Shown in pieces: positions 1 through 10,082 of a DNA stretch of 31,880 nt (its first letter is position 1; every line of letters starts with the position of its first letter). The position numbers and the translations under genes are program-made. The notes beneath the pieces were generated by a model. It was given only the letters and a program-made list of their open reading frames with translations. It ran no database searches and was not told the origin of the DNA. Location: the NCBI GenBank assembly GCA_049970495.1, contig JBMFMV010000016.1, forward strand, positions 1 to 31,880, read 5' to 3'. The stretch comes from a bacterium (GTDB lineage: Bacteria; DUMJ01).

Positions 1-187
1 GCTTAGTCACCTGCTCTATAACTAACTCATCTCCATCTACTTCTAGTGTTATCCTAGCTATTCCTTCTCTCTCAGACTTTCCAACTGTAATACTCTCTAT
101 ATTGTACCCCCTTCTTCTAAAAAGATTAGAGACCCTTGCTAATACACCAGATTTATTCTCTACTAAGACAGCAATAGTATGTCTCAT
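1..187 (-). CDS. ilvN: Acetolactate synthase small (regulatory, ACT) subunit; 5' part only, runs off the window
   Basis: Not in the ORF track. Manual translation from ATG at 187 gives [36 protein letters not shown]..., the IlvN/IlvH signature. GGAGG SD upstream; directly follows ilvB. Confidence 0.95.
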   Translation of the reverse strand, partial: MRHTIAVLVENKSGVLARVSNLFRRRGYNIESITVGKSEREGIARITLEVDGDELVIEQVTK

Positions 188-188
188 A

Positions 189-1856
189 CTACTTACCTCC
201 AATAATTTGATCTATTGGAGCCCCAGGAGGAACCATGGGTATCACATTTTCTTCTTGTTCTACCACTACATCTACTACTGCTGGACCTGGATATTCAAAA
301 GCGCTCTTTAAAGCTGGAACTAGAGCCTCTTTCTCTGTAACTCTTATACCTTTCACCCCAAAAGCATTAGCCACTTTAGCAAAATTGACCTCTTTCAAGA
401 TAGTGGCAGAATACCTCTTTTTATAGAACAACTCCTGCCATTGTCTAACCATTCCAAGGGCTCTATTATTTATTACAACTACTTTTACAGGTATATTGTT
501 CTCTACCACAGTGGTAAGTTCTTGAATATTCATCAAAAAACTGCCATCTCCTGCTATATCTACTACAAGGGCATCTGGCCTACCAACCTTAGCTCCAATA
601 GAAGCAGGAAAACCAAACCCCATAGTTCCTAAACCACCGGAAGATATAAAATGTCTAGGCTTTGTATGTATATAAAATAGGGCAGACCAAATCTGGTTTT
701 GTCCTACTTCTGTCACTATAATGGTATTATCTGGAGCTACTTCAAATACCTTCTCTATAACTAATTGAGGTTTAATAGTAGTCCCATCCGAATATGTAAG
801 AGGATGACTCTCTTTAAGTTCTTTAATATAACTTAACCACTCCTCCTCTTTCTTCTCTTGAACATACTCTATAAGAGTTTTCAGAATAGTCTTTGCATCT
901 CCAACTATAGGAACATCAACTATTACATTCTTATTTATTTCAGCAGGGTCTATATCTATGTGAATCTTCTTAGCTTTATTAGCAAATTTGTCGACCCTAC
1001 CAGTAGTCCTATCGCTAAACCTACAACCTATAGCTATAAGAAGATCGCATTCCATAAGGGCATAATTTGCTGCATAGTTGCCATGCATACCAGCAGACTT
1101 TAGAGACAATGGATGGTCTTGAGGAAAACTTCCTATACCCATAAAGGTTGTTGCAACAGGTATATTAGCCTTGGTAGATAATCTAAAGAGTTCTTCACTT
1201 GCTCCTGAGATTATAACGCCTCCGCCAGCTAATATGCATGGTCTTTTAGATTCATTTATAAGTCTTGCTGCTTCTTTTATCTGTCTTATATGCCCAGTTA
1301 TAGAAGGTTTATAACCTCTTATATCAATCTCTATGGAAGAATAATCAAAGTCTGCAGTAGCTGTCTGTACATTCTTAGGTATATCTATAAGTACAGGCCC
1401 AGGCCTTCCTGTCCGTGCTATATAAAAGGCCTCTTTTATAGTCTTACCTAATTCATTGACATCCTTTACAAGATAGTTGTGTTTTGTTATAGGAGCGGTG
1501 ATACCAGTAGTATCTGCCTCCTGAAAAGCATCTTTTCCAATTAAGTGAGTAGGTACCTGTCCTGTAATTGCCACTATGGGGATAGAATCCATATATGCAT
1601 TAGCTATACCTGTAGTAAGGTTTGTAGCTCCTGGACCAGAAGTGGCAAAACATACCCCCACTCTCCCAGTAGCTCTAGCGTATCCATCAGCCATATGAGC
1701 TGCTCCTTGCTCGTGATGGGCAAGGATATGCTTTATACCTGAGTCATATAGAGCATCATAGATATCAATTATCGCTCCTCCAGGAATTCCAAATATAACT
1801 TCTACCCCTTCATGTTTTAACGCCTCTATAACTATTTGCGCTCCAGTCAATCTCAT
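189..1856 (-). CDS. ilvB: Acetolactate synthase large catalytic subunit
   Basis: [29 protein letters not shown] and the ThDP motif [12 protein letters not shown]...NN; lies between ilvD and ilvN. Confidence 0.97.
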   Translation of the reverse strand: MRLTGAQIVIEALKHEGVEVIFGIPGGAIIDIYDALYDSGIKHILAHHEQGAAHMADGYARATGRVGVCFATSGPGATNLTTGIANAYMDSIPIVAITGQVPTHLIGKDAFQEADTTGITAPITKHNYLVKDVNELGKTIKEAFYIARTGRPGPVLIDIPKNVQTATADFDYSSIEIDIRGYKPSITGHIRQIKEAARLINESKRPCILAGGGVIISGASEELFRLSTKANIPVATTFMGIGSFPQDHPLSLKSAGMHGNYAANYALMECDLLIAIGCRFSDRTTGRVDKFANKAKKIHIDIDPAEINKNVIVDVPIVGDAKTILKTLIEYVQEKKEEEWLSYIKELKESHPLTYSDGTTIKPQLVIEKVFEVAPDNTIIVTEVGQNQIWSALFYIHTKPRHFISSGGLGTMGFGFPASIGAKVGRPDALVVDIAGDGSFLMNIQELTTVVENNIPVKVVVINNRALGMVRQWQELFYKKRYSATILKEVNFAKVANAFGVKGIRVTEKEALVPALKSAFEYPGPAVVDVVVEQEENVIPMVPPGAPIDQIIGGK

Positions 1857-3517
1857 CGTCTATTTACCTCCATCACTGCTCCATAAGCAGCAGAAGATAC
1901 TAATTTTTGATACCTACCAAGATATCCTTTACGTCTATGACTCTCTGGTATTCTGTAAGTTCTCTTAGAAAGTTCTTCTTTATCTACCAAAAGATTTACT
2001 TCTCTTTTATTTAAGTCTATCTCTATAAGATCTCCATCTTGAACATAGGCTATAGGTCCTCCTTCCCATGCCTCAGGAGATATATGCCCTATAGCTAATC
2101 CTCTAGTTGCACCTGAAAATCTGCCATCAGTAATAAGTGCAACATCTAAATCTAATCCCATCCCGACAAGGGCAGAGGTAGGAGTAAGCATCTCCTTCAT
2201 TCCAGGACCACCTTTAGGCCCCTCATACCTTATTACAACCACATCTCCTTTCTCTATCTTATTATTAAATATAGCTTTGGTAGCATCATCTTCACTATCA
2301 AAAACCTTAGCCTTTCCTACAAATCTGTAGAGAGACTCTGCAACTCCTGACTTCTTAACTACCGCCCCATCAGGTGCTAAACTTCCCCTAAGTATAGATA
2401 ATCCGCCAGTTTCTCTTATAGGATTATCTATAGGTCTTATTACATTTGAGTCTTTAACCTCAACGGTATCTATTATTTCTCCTAATTTCTTACCACTAAC
2501 AGTAAGGGTATCTTTATCTACAAGTCCCTTTTTGCTAAGTTCTTTTAAAACAGCCATAACTCCGCCAGCTCTGTGAAGGTCTACTACATAGTATGAACCT
2601 ACAGGACTTAGATGACAGAGATAAGGAGTTCTATCTGCAATACTATTTATCTCATCAAAGTCTAATGTTATACCCAATTCATTAGCGATAGCTGTGAGAT
2701 GTAGAATAGTATTAGTGGAACACCCTAGAGCCATATCTAGAGTTATACCATTTAGAAATGCTGACTTTGTTAAGATTTTATCAGGTGTAATTCCTTCCTT
2801 GACAAGTTTTATTATAGTCCTTCCAGCAGATTTAGCTAATCTTATTCTTGCTGATTCTACAGCGGGAATAGTTCCATTTCCAGGGAGAGCTATTCCAATA
2901 GCTTCGGATAGACAGTTCATAGAGTTAGCCGTAAACATTCCAGCACAAGAACCACAACCAGGACAGACAGAATATTCCAATTCTTTTAGGTATTCTATAC
3001 TCTTCTTACCACTAGTAACAGCACCTACCGCTTCAAATATTGTAGAAAGGTCTACCCTTTTCCCATTATAATCTCCTGGTAACATCGGTCCACCACTAAC
3101 AACTATAGAAGGTATATTTACCCTAGCAAGCCCCATAATCATCCCTGGAACAATCTTGTCACAGTTTGGTATAAGTACTAGTCCATCAAACTTGTAAGCC
3201 TCAGCAAGAGATTCAACACTATCAGCGATGAGTTCTCTAGAAGGGAGAGAAAAACACATCCCACTATGATTCATAGCTATTCCATCGCATATCCCTATTG
3301 TCTCGCACTCAAAAGGAACTCCTCCTGCCTCTCTTATACCAGACTTTACCGCTTCTGCAATTTTCATCAGGTGTATATGCCCAGGTATTATCTCCGAGTA
3401 ACTGTTTATAACCCCTATAAAGGGTTTATCTAACTCTTCATCGTCTATTCCCAACGCCTTTAAGAGCGATCTATGTGGAGCTCTCTCAATCCCTACCTTT
3501 ATTTCTTCACTGCGCAT
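1853..3517 (-). CDS. ilvD: Dihydroxy-acid dehydratase
   Basis: [38 protein letters not shown] and TDGRFSG motifs; ATGA overlap with ilvB. Confidence 0.97.
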   Translation of the reverse strand: MRSEEIKVGIERAPHRSLLKALGIDDEELDKPFIGVINSYSEIIPGHIHLMKIAEAVKSGIREAGGVPFECETIGICDGIAMNHSGMCFSLPSRELIADSVESLAEAYKFDGLVLIPNCDKIVPGMIMGLARVNIPSIVVSGGPMLPGDYNGKRVDLSTIFEAVGAVTSGKKSIEYLKELEYSVCPGCGSCAGMFTANSMNCLSEAIGIALPGNGTIPAVESARIRLAKSAGRTIIKLVKEGITPDKILTKSAFLNGITLDMALGCSTNTILHLTAIANELGITLDFDEINSIADRTPYLCHLSPVGSYYVVDLHRAGGVMAVLKELSKKGLVDKDTLTVSGKKLGEIIDTVEVKDSNVIRPIDNPIRETGGLSILRGSLAPDGAVVKKSGVAESLYRFVGKAKVFDSEDDATKAIFNNKIEKGDVVVIRYEGPKGGPGMKEMLTPTSALVGMGLDLDVALITDGRFSGATRGLAIGHISPEAWEGGPIAYVQDGDLIEIDLNKREVNLLVDKEELSKRTYRIPESHRRKGYLGRYQKLVSSAAYGAVMEVNRR

Positions 3518-3542
3518 ATAATCAACTCCTTTTTCGGATTAT

Positions 3543-3589
3543 AAAAAGCTCTCCTTCCACAGCAAATCTGCTAGGGACGGAAAGCTTTC
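3543..3589 (-). terminator. T-box attenuator intrinsic terminator
   Basis: AAAGCUUUCC..UCC.UAGCA-GAUU-UGCUG.GGA..GGAGAGCUUU followed by further Us; mutually exclusive with the antiterminator 3' strand CCGUCCCUA. Confidence 0.85.
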
Positions 3590-3727
3590 CGCGGTACCAC
3601 CCTACTTGGCTTTTTAAGCCCACTCTCTATTCTATAACGGGAATCCCCGGGATAAGCTACTAGTAATTCACCTATCCAGCTCCAAGGCGAGTTCACCTTA
3701 AACGGCTACTACTCCTCTTCACAGCCT
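3543..3727 (-). ncRNA. T-box riboswitch (transcriptional), Leu CUC specifier, short Stem I
   Basis: On the minus strand: GA motif (UGUGA/GGA), AGUA...GAA-CUC-G specifier loop (CUC at 3691-3689), Stem II with GAA/AGUA (3650-3677), CCGUUA pseudoknot, Stem III GGCUU/AAGCC, T-box AGGGUGGUACCGCG (3603-3590), antiterminator and overlapping terminator. Confidence 0.95.
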
Positions 3728-3757
3728 TTCCCATATTTACTTTAATGTTGTTTAGAG

Positions 3758-3786
3758 ATGATATCAAAAGAATTTATACAAGTCAA
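3758..3786 (-). promoter_or_regulatory. Sigma70 promoter of the T-box/ilv operon
   Basis: TTGACT, 17 nt, TATCAT, with TGn extension. Confidence 0.8.
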
Positions 3787-3804
3787 GTAAAATACCCCTT
3801 TTAT

Positions 3805-5310
3805 CTATAGACCGTATCTAAAATCATTCTTAAGGTCACTATAGAGCTTTCTATACAGAGGATACAGTTCTTCATAAACTTTTACCCAATTATTCTCTGG
3901 TTCTGTTATACTTGTTATCTTTACTATGTTCTCTCCTGCTTCAACAACACTAGAAAAATATCCTGTCCCCACTGCACTTAGAAGTGCCGAACCAAAAGCA
4001 GCTCCTTCTGTAACATTTATAGTTGCAACCGGAAGTCTAAAGATGCTAGCTAATATCTTTCTCCATAAAGGACTCCTTGCTCCCCCTCCTGATACTTTTA
4101 CCATATCTGGTTTCACACCAAGCTCTTTCAGAATGTTAAAAGAGTCGTTCAATCCGAAAGAGATTCCCTCTATAATAGCTCTGACAAAATGAGCTCTAGT
4201 ATGATTCAAGCCTATGCCAAAGAATACCCCCCTAGCAAAGGGATCAGGATAAGGACATCTTTCTCCTGTAAGATATGGGAGAAATATAAGCCTCTCGGAA
4301 CCAGGTTTTACATTTTCTGCTTCAGCAGTGAGCATCTCGTAAGGGTCTTTATCTAAAAGCTTAGAGACACTAATCTCCATTTCACCAAATGTATCTCTAT
4401 ACCATCTCAAAGAACCACCAGCAGAGAGCATAACACCCATTATATGCCACATGCCAGGAACTGCATGGCAAAATGTATGGGTCCTCAATTTTGGATCTAT
4501 AAAGACTTTATCTATAGCAGAAAAGACTACTCCTGAGGTACCTAAAGTTACAGATGTGTCATATGGGTGGACTATACCCATACCTACTGCCTGTGCTGCT
4601 TGATCTCCTCCACCTCCAACTACGGGAGTTCCCTCCTTCAAACCTGTCTCCTCTGCAACTTCCTTAGTAACATATCCAGTTATCTCAGGGCTTTCATAAC
4701 ACTTCGGAAATAAGTCTATCGAAAGTTCCATAGCTTTTATCATTTCACTAGACCACATTCTATTCTTTACATCGAAGAGGGCGGTCCCAGAGGCGTCTGA
4801 GACTTCTGTTGCGTATTCTCCTGTAAGCTTAAACCTTACAAAATCCTTCGGAAGTAAGACTTTCTTTACCTTTTTAAAATTATCTGGTTCGTTCTTCTTT
4901 AGCCAGATTATCTTAGGGAGGGTAAAACCAGTAAGGACAGGGTTGGCAATCCATTCTACAACCTTATCTCCAAATCTTTCCATAATCTCTTCCACCTCTT
5001 TGTATGTACGCTGGTCATTCCAAAGGATACAAGGTCTTATCACATTACCTGCTTCGTCTAAAAACACTGACCCGTGCATCTGACCAGTAAGCCCTATCCC
5101 CTTAATCTCATTAGAATCTATACCTTTGATAGCCTTCTTTATAGCATTCTTAGTGGCAGACCACCACTCCTGAGGGTCTTGTTCAGTCCACCCAGGGTAA
5201 GGAGTATAGATAGGATATTCCTCTTCCCCTCTATTTACAACTTCTCCCTTTTCATCTATTAAAAGGACCTTAACTCCGCTTGTTCCAATATCTATTCCCA
5301 TAAAAAACAT
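3805..5310 (-). CDS. xylB: Xylulokinase (FGGY family)
   Basis: GIDIGTSGVK, GLTGQMHG, ILWNDQR, GGGGDQAAQA, FCHAVPG and FLPYLTGER motifs typical of XylB. Confidence 0.88.
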   Translation of the reverse strand: MFFMGIDIGTSGVKVLLIDEKGEVVNRGEEEYPIYTPYPGWTEQDPQEWWSATKNAIKKAIKGIDSNEIKGIGLTGQMHGSVFLDEAGNVIRPCILWNDQRTYKEVEEIMERFGDKVVEWIANPVLTGFTLPKIIWLKKNEPDNFKKVKKVLLPKDFVRFKLTGEYATEVSDASGTALFDVKNRMWSSEMIKAMELSIDLFPKCYESPEITGYVTKEVAEETGLKEGTPVVGGGGDQAAQAVGMGIVHPYDTSVTLGTSGVVFSAIDKVFIDPKLRTHTFCHAVPGMWHIMGVMLSAGGSLRWYRDTFGEMEISVSKLLDKDPYEMLTAEAENVKPGSERLIFLPYLTGERCPYPDPFARGVFFGIGLNHTRAHFVRAIIEGISFGLNDSFNILKELGVKPDMVKVSGGGARSPLWRKILASIFRLPVATINVTEGAAFGSALLSAVGTGYFSSVVEAGENIVKITSITEPENNWVKVYEELYPLYRKLYSDLKNDFRYGL

Positions 5311-5314
5311 AACT

Positions 5315-7984
5315 CTAAAAACCTCCTTCCCATGTTATATACACTCTGGCAGGATAACCACTTTCTAATGGTTTTGACACTCCCAACCCTACCTTAAATG
5401 GCAATATTCCATATTCTACTGCAGTAGAGATGTTTACTTCTCCGCCAATACAACCCCTTATCTTAGGAGTATAAAGATCATTTCCAGCTAAGCCAGTTTC
5501 TAAATAAAGACTACCATTTATATCCTCAAAAAAGATTTCTCCCAGTTTTAATCCTCTATATATCTTTATAATAGGCTTATCCAACCAGATTCTTCCAGTA
5601 AAGGCTATAGCCCCTTTATCTATCCCTGCATCATAACCATGAAGGATAAAAGTTCCTTCATTACCACCCAAGCTAAAGTTATCGGGTAGATTACTGACGC
5701 CTAATGTCAATCCTAGACCAAGAGATGGTTGAAATGGCCCTGGCCCACTTATCTTTCCTTCCCAAGAACCAATAGTAAATATTGCACTTGTACCCAGATT
5801 TAGACTTACTTCTGTGTAAAGTAAGGCATCTCTCCTCAAGATGTAGGCATCATTCCCATCTAAGTCGCTATAGTTCCACTGTCCGAAGATACTGTAATTC
5901 ACATTATCCTTAACGGCTCTATTTAAGCCAACAAGGAGATTCTCTATATTAAAAAGAGATACCTTTAAAGGAAGGGAAAGGTATAACAGTTCTGTATCTT
6001 TATATCCATCATAATCGACATTTAGATTTAGGGTAAGATTATACAGCCTCTTAGAATAACTAAACGAAAAAGTTGGTATGTTATTCAATAAGTCGTACAA
6101 GAAACCAATGGAGTAGGTATTAAATCCTAAGTAATCTTGGCCATAAGTAATGAATCCTATAGGTAGAGGTATCCAAAATCTTGGAAGTACATAATCTAAA
6201 GGCTTATAATCCTTTGTAGAATAGGGGGTCTGTTTGTCTTTTTTAATTTCTGGGATATTTTCCTTTGCTATCTCTACCTCTTTCCAACTATTAGGATCAT
6301 AATTCATAGAGTATAGGTCATAACCTTCATAACTATAACCCAAGAAAATAATCTTATCATTACCGATGGTTGGCTCAAATGCGCCACCTAATAGGTTAGT
6401 TATCTTATAAAACTTCCCTTTTTCTATATCATAGGCATAGATGTTATAGACTCCAGTTCTATCTGAAGAGAATATAATATACCTTCCATCACTGGAAAAG
6501 ACAGGACTACTGTCAGTAGCCTTATCAGAGGTAAGTTGAGTAAGAGTTTTCTTCTCTATATCTATTATATAAATATCCTGGTATCCCCCTTCTTTCCAGA
6601 TAGATAAAGCAAGGAGTTTTTTATTAGGTGAAATAGAAATACTCTTTACCTGAGTATCTCTTGTAAATGACAGGAAAGGAGAAATATCCCCTGCATTTAG
6701 ATTCATCATTACTATATCTACTCTACCAAATTCTCTTTTCAAAAAGAGAATAGAATCATCTGTAAGAAAGATAGGATTATAAGCTCTAAGTCCCATAGTA
6801 ATTCTCTGTTCATTTCCAGTTATTAAATCCAACCTATAGAGGTCTAGATATATATTAAATATATCTGTATAGTCGAGCTTAGAGTAGATTATATATCTTT
6901 TATCTGAAGATATAGCAGGCCGACCATATATAACCCCCTTAGCTAAAAATTTATCCTTTTTAGTATTTAACTCAAATAATCTCAAACCAGGTATAAAATA
7001 GGGATTAGAAAAAGAGTAAACTATGAAGGTTCCATCAGGGGATAAAATTGGTCCCGAGGTATTATACCCCCACTTTGTAAGTCTTTCAGTATGAGTAATA
7101 ACTTCTTTCCTTATCTCTTCTATCTGTTTATCGTACCTCGTAGCTATATAATCTTTCCATTCCTTCCAGAGGGTTTTATAGTCTATTCCTAATACTTGCT
7201 TAATAGCCAAATCTGGTCCCATAAGTACTGGCAAATAAGAACTAGTAAGTTCACTTATCTTCTTTAGTTTATCCTCTCCATATTTCTGAGCTATATATTC
7301 AAAGATACTCCCTCCATAAAGATATACAGCAGTTCCATTGGGCCAACTTTCTAAAGATCTATAACTACTTACCTGATCGGGCTCTAAGAGTTTGTTATTC
7401 CTATACATCTCCCTAAGATACATATCAAAAATGGTATCATTTCCTCTTCCTCCAAGAGTATAGTGAGTCTCGGCGTAAACTGTGTAACCTTCAATCATCC
7501 AATAAGGAAGTATCTGATTAGGTAAGATAATTCTCCCAAAAACATTTCTCAAAAATTTGCTACTTCCACTTACCTGGTCTAAATGGAGTATGTGCATATA
7601 CTCGTGAGTAATTACTAGTCTAAGCCAAGACTCAAACTTACTTCCAATCTCTAGCTCATTTGGATTTACTAGCCAGATCTTTATTGATTTATCTAGAGGA
7701 TTAGTTAGTCCATTAGGAAGATCACTATTATCTAAGAGTATAATAGCAGTTTTATCTTTAGATGAAGGTTCCATAAATCTAGAGAGGTCTCTATGAACCT
7801 CTTCTGCTATTATTCCAGTCTCTTCTGCTATATCTTCAATTCCTTCCGGATAGATAACGATAAAATGTGCAGTCTCCATAACCTTCCAATAATAAGAGGG
7901 ATTTATATATTGAGCATAAGTTATACTAGGAAGGATAACTGAAAAGACTATTATTAAAGATAAAACCCTTGGCAGTCTTCTCAT
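5315..7984 (-). CDS. Exported protein: gluzincin-like peptidase domain + TolB/PD40 beta-propeller + Omp85-like C-terminal barrel
   Basis: Signal peptide; HEYMH (aa 127-131) plus WMIEG (E165); PD40 repeats (SPDGTFIVYS, PVFSSDGRYIIFSSDRTG); FSLGG...LHGY loop; alternating-hydrophobic C-terminus ending in F. Confidence 0.75.
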   Translation of the reverse strand: MRRLPRVLSLIIVFSVILPSITYAQYINPSYYWKVMETAHFIVIYPEGIEDIAEETGIIAEEVHRDLSRFMEPSSKDKTAIILLDNSDLPNGLTNPLDKSIKIWLVNPNELEIGSKFESWLRLVITHEYMHILHLDQVSGSSKFLRNVFGRIILPNQILPYWMIEGYTVYAETHYTLGGRGNDTIFDMYLREMYRNNKLLEPDQVSSYRSLESWPNGTAVYLYGGSIFEYIAQKYGEDKLKKISELTSSYLPVLMGPDLAIKQVLGIDYKTLWKEWKDYIATRYDKQIEEIRKEVITHTERLTKWGYNTSGPILSPDGTFIVYSFSNPYFIPGLRLFELNTKKDKFLAKGVIYGRPAISSDKRYIIYSKLDYTDIFNIYLDLYRLDLITGNEQRITMGLRAYNPIFLTDDSILFLKREFGRVDIVMMNLNAGDISPFLSFTRDTQVKSISISPNKKLLALSIWKEGGYQDIYIIDIEKKTLTQLTSDKATDSSPVFSSDGRYIIFSSDRTGVYNIYAYDIEKGKFYKITNLLGGAFEPTIGNDKIIFLGYSYEGYDLYSMNYDPNSWKEVEIAKENIPEIKKDKQTPYSTKDYKPLDYVLPRFWIPLPIGFITYGQDYLGFNTYSIGFLYDLLNNIPTFSFSYSKRLYNLTLNLNVDYDGYKDTELLYLSLPLKVSLFNIENLLVGLNRAVKDNVNYSIFGQWNYSDLDGNDAYILRRDALLYTEVSLNLGTSAIFTIGSWEGKISGPGPFQPSLGLGLTLGVSNLPDNFSLGGNEGTFILHGYDAGIDKGAIAFTGRIWLDKPIIKIYRGLKLGEIFFEDINGSLYLETGLAGNDLYTPKIRGCIGGEVNISTAVEYGILPFKVGLGVSKPLESGYPARVYITWEGGF

Positions 7985-7985
7985 C

Positions 7986-8888
7986 TTATAATAACATCCT
8001 CTCTATAGACTTTAAAGCCCTTATTCTAATATCCTCAGGAACAGTAACTTTATACTCGTCCTTCTCTAAAGAATTTAAGACCTTTTCTAACGTCATCTTT
8101 TTCATGTTTACACAGATGGTATCTCTCCTTACAGGAAAGAATTTCTTGGTTGGATTTTCTTTTTCCATTCTATAGATAATACCGGACTCTGTACCAATAA
8201 TAAACTCCTCTGCATCTGTCTCCTTTACATATCTAAGCATACCAGAGGTACTTCTTACAGCATCAGCTAGATCCGTTACCTCCGGGGAACATTCAGGATG
8301 GACGACAACTTTTGCTCTTGGATGTTCCTGCTTCATACGGATAATATCTTCTGCCTTTATCATAGCATGTATCGGGCAGTATCCCTGCCACAGTATGAGT
8401 TTCTTCCCTGTCATCTTAGAAACATAAGTCCCAAGATATTTATCAGGGACAAATATGATTTCGCTAGAGTCAAGTCTATCAACTATGTCTACTGCATTTG
8501 CAGAGGTACAACATATATCTGATTCTCCCTTTACTTCCGCACTACTATTAACATAGCAAACAACCCTGGCATTTGGATGTTCTCTTTTGAGGTTTCTTAG
8601 CTGTTCTCCAGTTATCATATCTGCCATTGGGCATCTTGCGTATAGGTCGGGAATTAGGATTGTCTTATTTGGGGAGAGGATATAAGCAGTCTCTGCCATA
8701 AAGTGGACTCCACAGAAGACAATTACCTTACAAGAAAGTTTAGAGGCAGTTCTACTAAGCTCTAACGAGTCTCCAACGAAATCTGCTATATCTTGGATTT
8801 CAGGTCTAGTATAATTATGGGCAAGGATAACTGCATCCTTTTCTCTGGTTAAGGTCTTTATCCTTTCTATAATATCTGTATTACTCAT
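7986..8888 (-). CDS. nadA: Quinolinate synthase A
   Basis: ILAHNY, GDSLELS, FCGVHFMAE, CPMA, YVNSSA, CPIH, HPEC and the third cluster Cys in CVNMK. Confidence 0.96.
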   Translation of the reverse strand: MSNTDIIERIKTLTREKDAVILAHNYTRPEIQDIADFVGDSLELSRTASKLSCKVIVFCGVHFMAETAYILSPNKTILIPDLYARCPMADMITGEQLRNLKREHPNARVVCYVNSSAEVKGESDICCTSANAVDIVDRLDSSEIIFVPDKYLGTYVSKMTGKKLILWQGYCPIHAMIKAEDIIRMKQEHPRAKVVVHPECSPEVTDLADAVRSTSGMLRYVKETDAEEFIIGTESGIIYRMEKENPTKKFFPVRRDTICVNMKKMTLEKVLNSLEKDEYKVTVPEDIRIRALKSIERMLL

Positions 8889-8901
8889 AAATTTTCGCCT
8901 C

Positions 8902-10062
8902 CTAAATTGAATCTCTAGCTAGCCATAATATATCCGCTAACTTGTTTTTCCTTATACGGATAGCCTTTTGAGGGCATAATTCATGGCAACAATAGCAGGA
9001 AATACATTTCTTATAATCTATAGTCATTTTATTATTAACCTTACTAATAGCCCCTCTAGGACAACTTCTAAAGCATATCTCACACTTTATACATTTGGTA
9101 TCATCTATCTCCGGATAGATCTTAATAAGTTTCACTAATCTTTTCGGAAGAAAACTAAGAATAGGGGAGGATATTTTCTCCATAACATTATAAACTGTGC
9201 GAACCCTTTTCACATCAGAACCGAAGAGTTCCTTCAATTCACTACCAAAGATTTCAATATTCTCTAATGAGGATATACCAATCCCCATTTCTCCTGCTAT
9301 CTTAGTAGTATATATCTCTTCTGGTCTATAACCTAACATCCAACCTCCAATGGCATCTACTGCTACTCCATCATAGCTCATTAGAATCCTATTAAACTTT
9401 CTAGGGGTACCTCCAGAAGGTCCATCTCCTTCCATCCCTTCTATAGCGTCAACAACATTAAGCGCCGGCTTTACAGTCAAAAATATCTCTACTAGAAGCC
9501 TAGAAAATTCTCTAGGACTTGGTGCTATGGAGTGAAATTTAGATTTGTTAAAGCCAGGAATAGTCCCAAAGGTATTTTTTATGGCGCATGTTATTAGGGT
9601 AAAATTATGTGTCTTAAGTTTTGGCAGATTTACTATATAATCTACTTCTTTTACAACTCTACTTAAAGGTATAGTGGGAACTGTTCCATTAGGGTTTTCT
9701 ACTTCGACTATACCCTCTTTAGAGAAATTAACCAATCTAAATCCCATCTTCTCAGCTAGAGAAAGCATTCCCGTTCTTCTATAGAGATTATCTATATTAG
9801 ACAGAGCATTCCCAGGGCTATCACCTAATAAGATCTCTTTTGCCCCAAATTCCAATAAGATTTCACCTATAGCTTCTACAATAGCAGGATGAGTTGTAAC
9901 TGCATAATGAGGTTCAGCTGGCATAAGAAGATTTGGTTTTAAAAGAACACGTTTATCTTTTATCTCTGGCTTTCCTATGAATTCAAAGCCTTTAAGAAGG
10001 ATTATCTTTATCTTTTCCTTATCATATTGATCACATTCCAATACCGCTACCTTAGAAATCAT
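8902..10062 (-). CDS. DUF362 domain protein with C-terminal 2x[4Fe-4S] ferredoxin domain
   Basis: LLKPNLL, TTHP, NLPKLKTH, AIKNTFG and GMEGDGP motifs; CIKCEICFRSCP and CISCYCCHELCP. Start moved to ATG 10062, which follows a GGGAGG SD. Confidence 0.85.
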   Translation of the reverse strand: MISKVAVLECDQYDKEKIKIILLKGFEFIGKPEIKDKRVLLKPNLLMPAEPHYAVTTHPAIVEAIGEILLEFGAKEILLGDSPGNALSNIDNLYRRTGMLSLAEKMGFRLVNFSKEGIVEVENPNGTVPTIPLSRVVKEVDYIVNLPKLKTHNFTLITCAIKNTFGTIPGFNKSKFHSIAPSPREFSRLLVEIFLTVKPALNVVDAIEGMEGDGPSGGTPRKFNRILMSYDGVAVDAIGGWMLGYRPEEIYTTKIAGEMGIGISSLENIEIFGSELKELFGSDVKRVRTVYNVMEKISSPILSFLPKRLVKLIKIYPEIDDTKCIKCEICFRSCPRGAISKVNNKMTIDYKKCISCYCCHELCPQKAIRIRKNKLADILWLARDSI

Positions 10063-10082
10063 TATATCCTCCCTCAAAATTC

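Noticed and set aside
3475..3663. 62-aa + strand ORF across the ilv leader as a possible leader peptide
   Set aside because: It is on the wrong strand for attenuation, and the T-box elements explain the region.
10063..10077. TTG start for the DUF362 gene
   Set aside because: This stretch contains the SD (GGGAGG) for the ATG at 10062.
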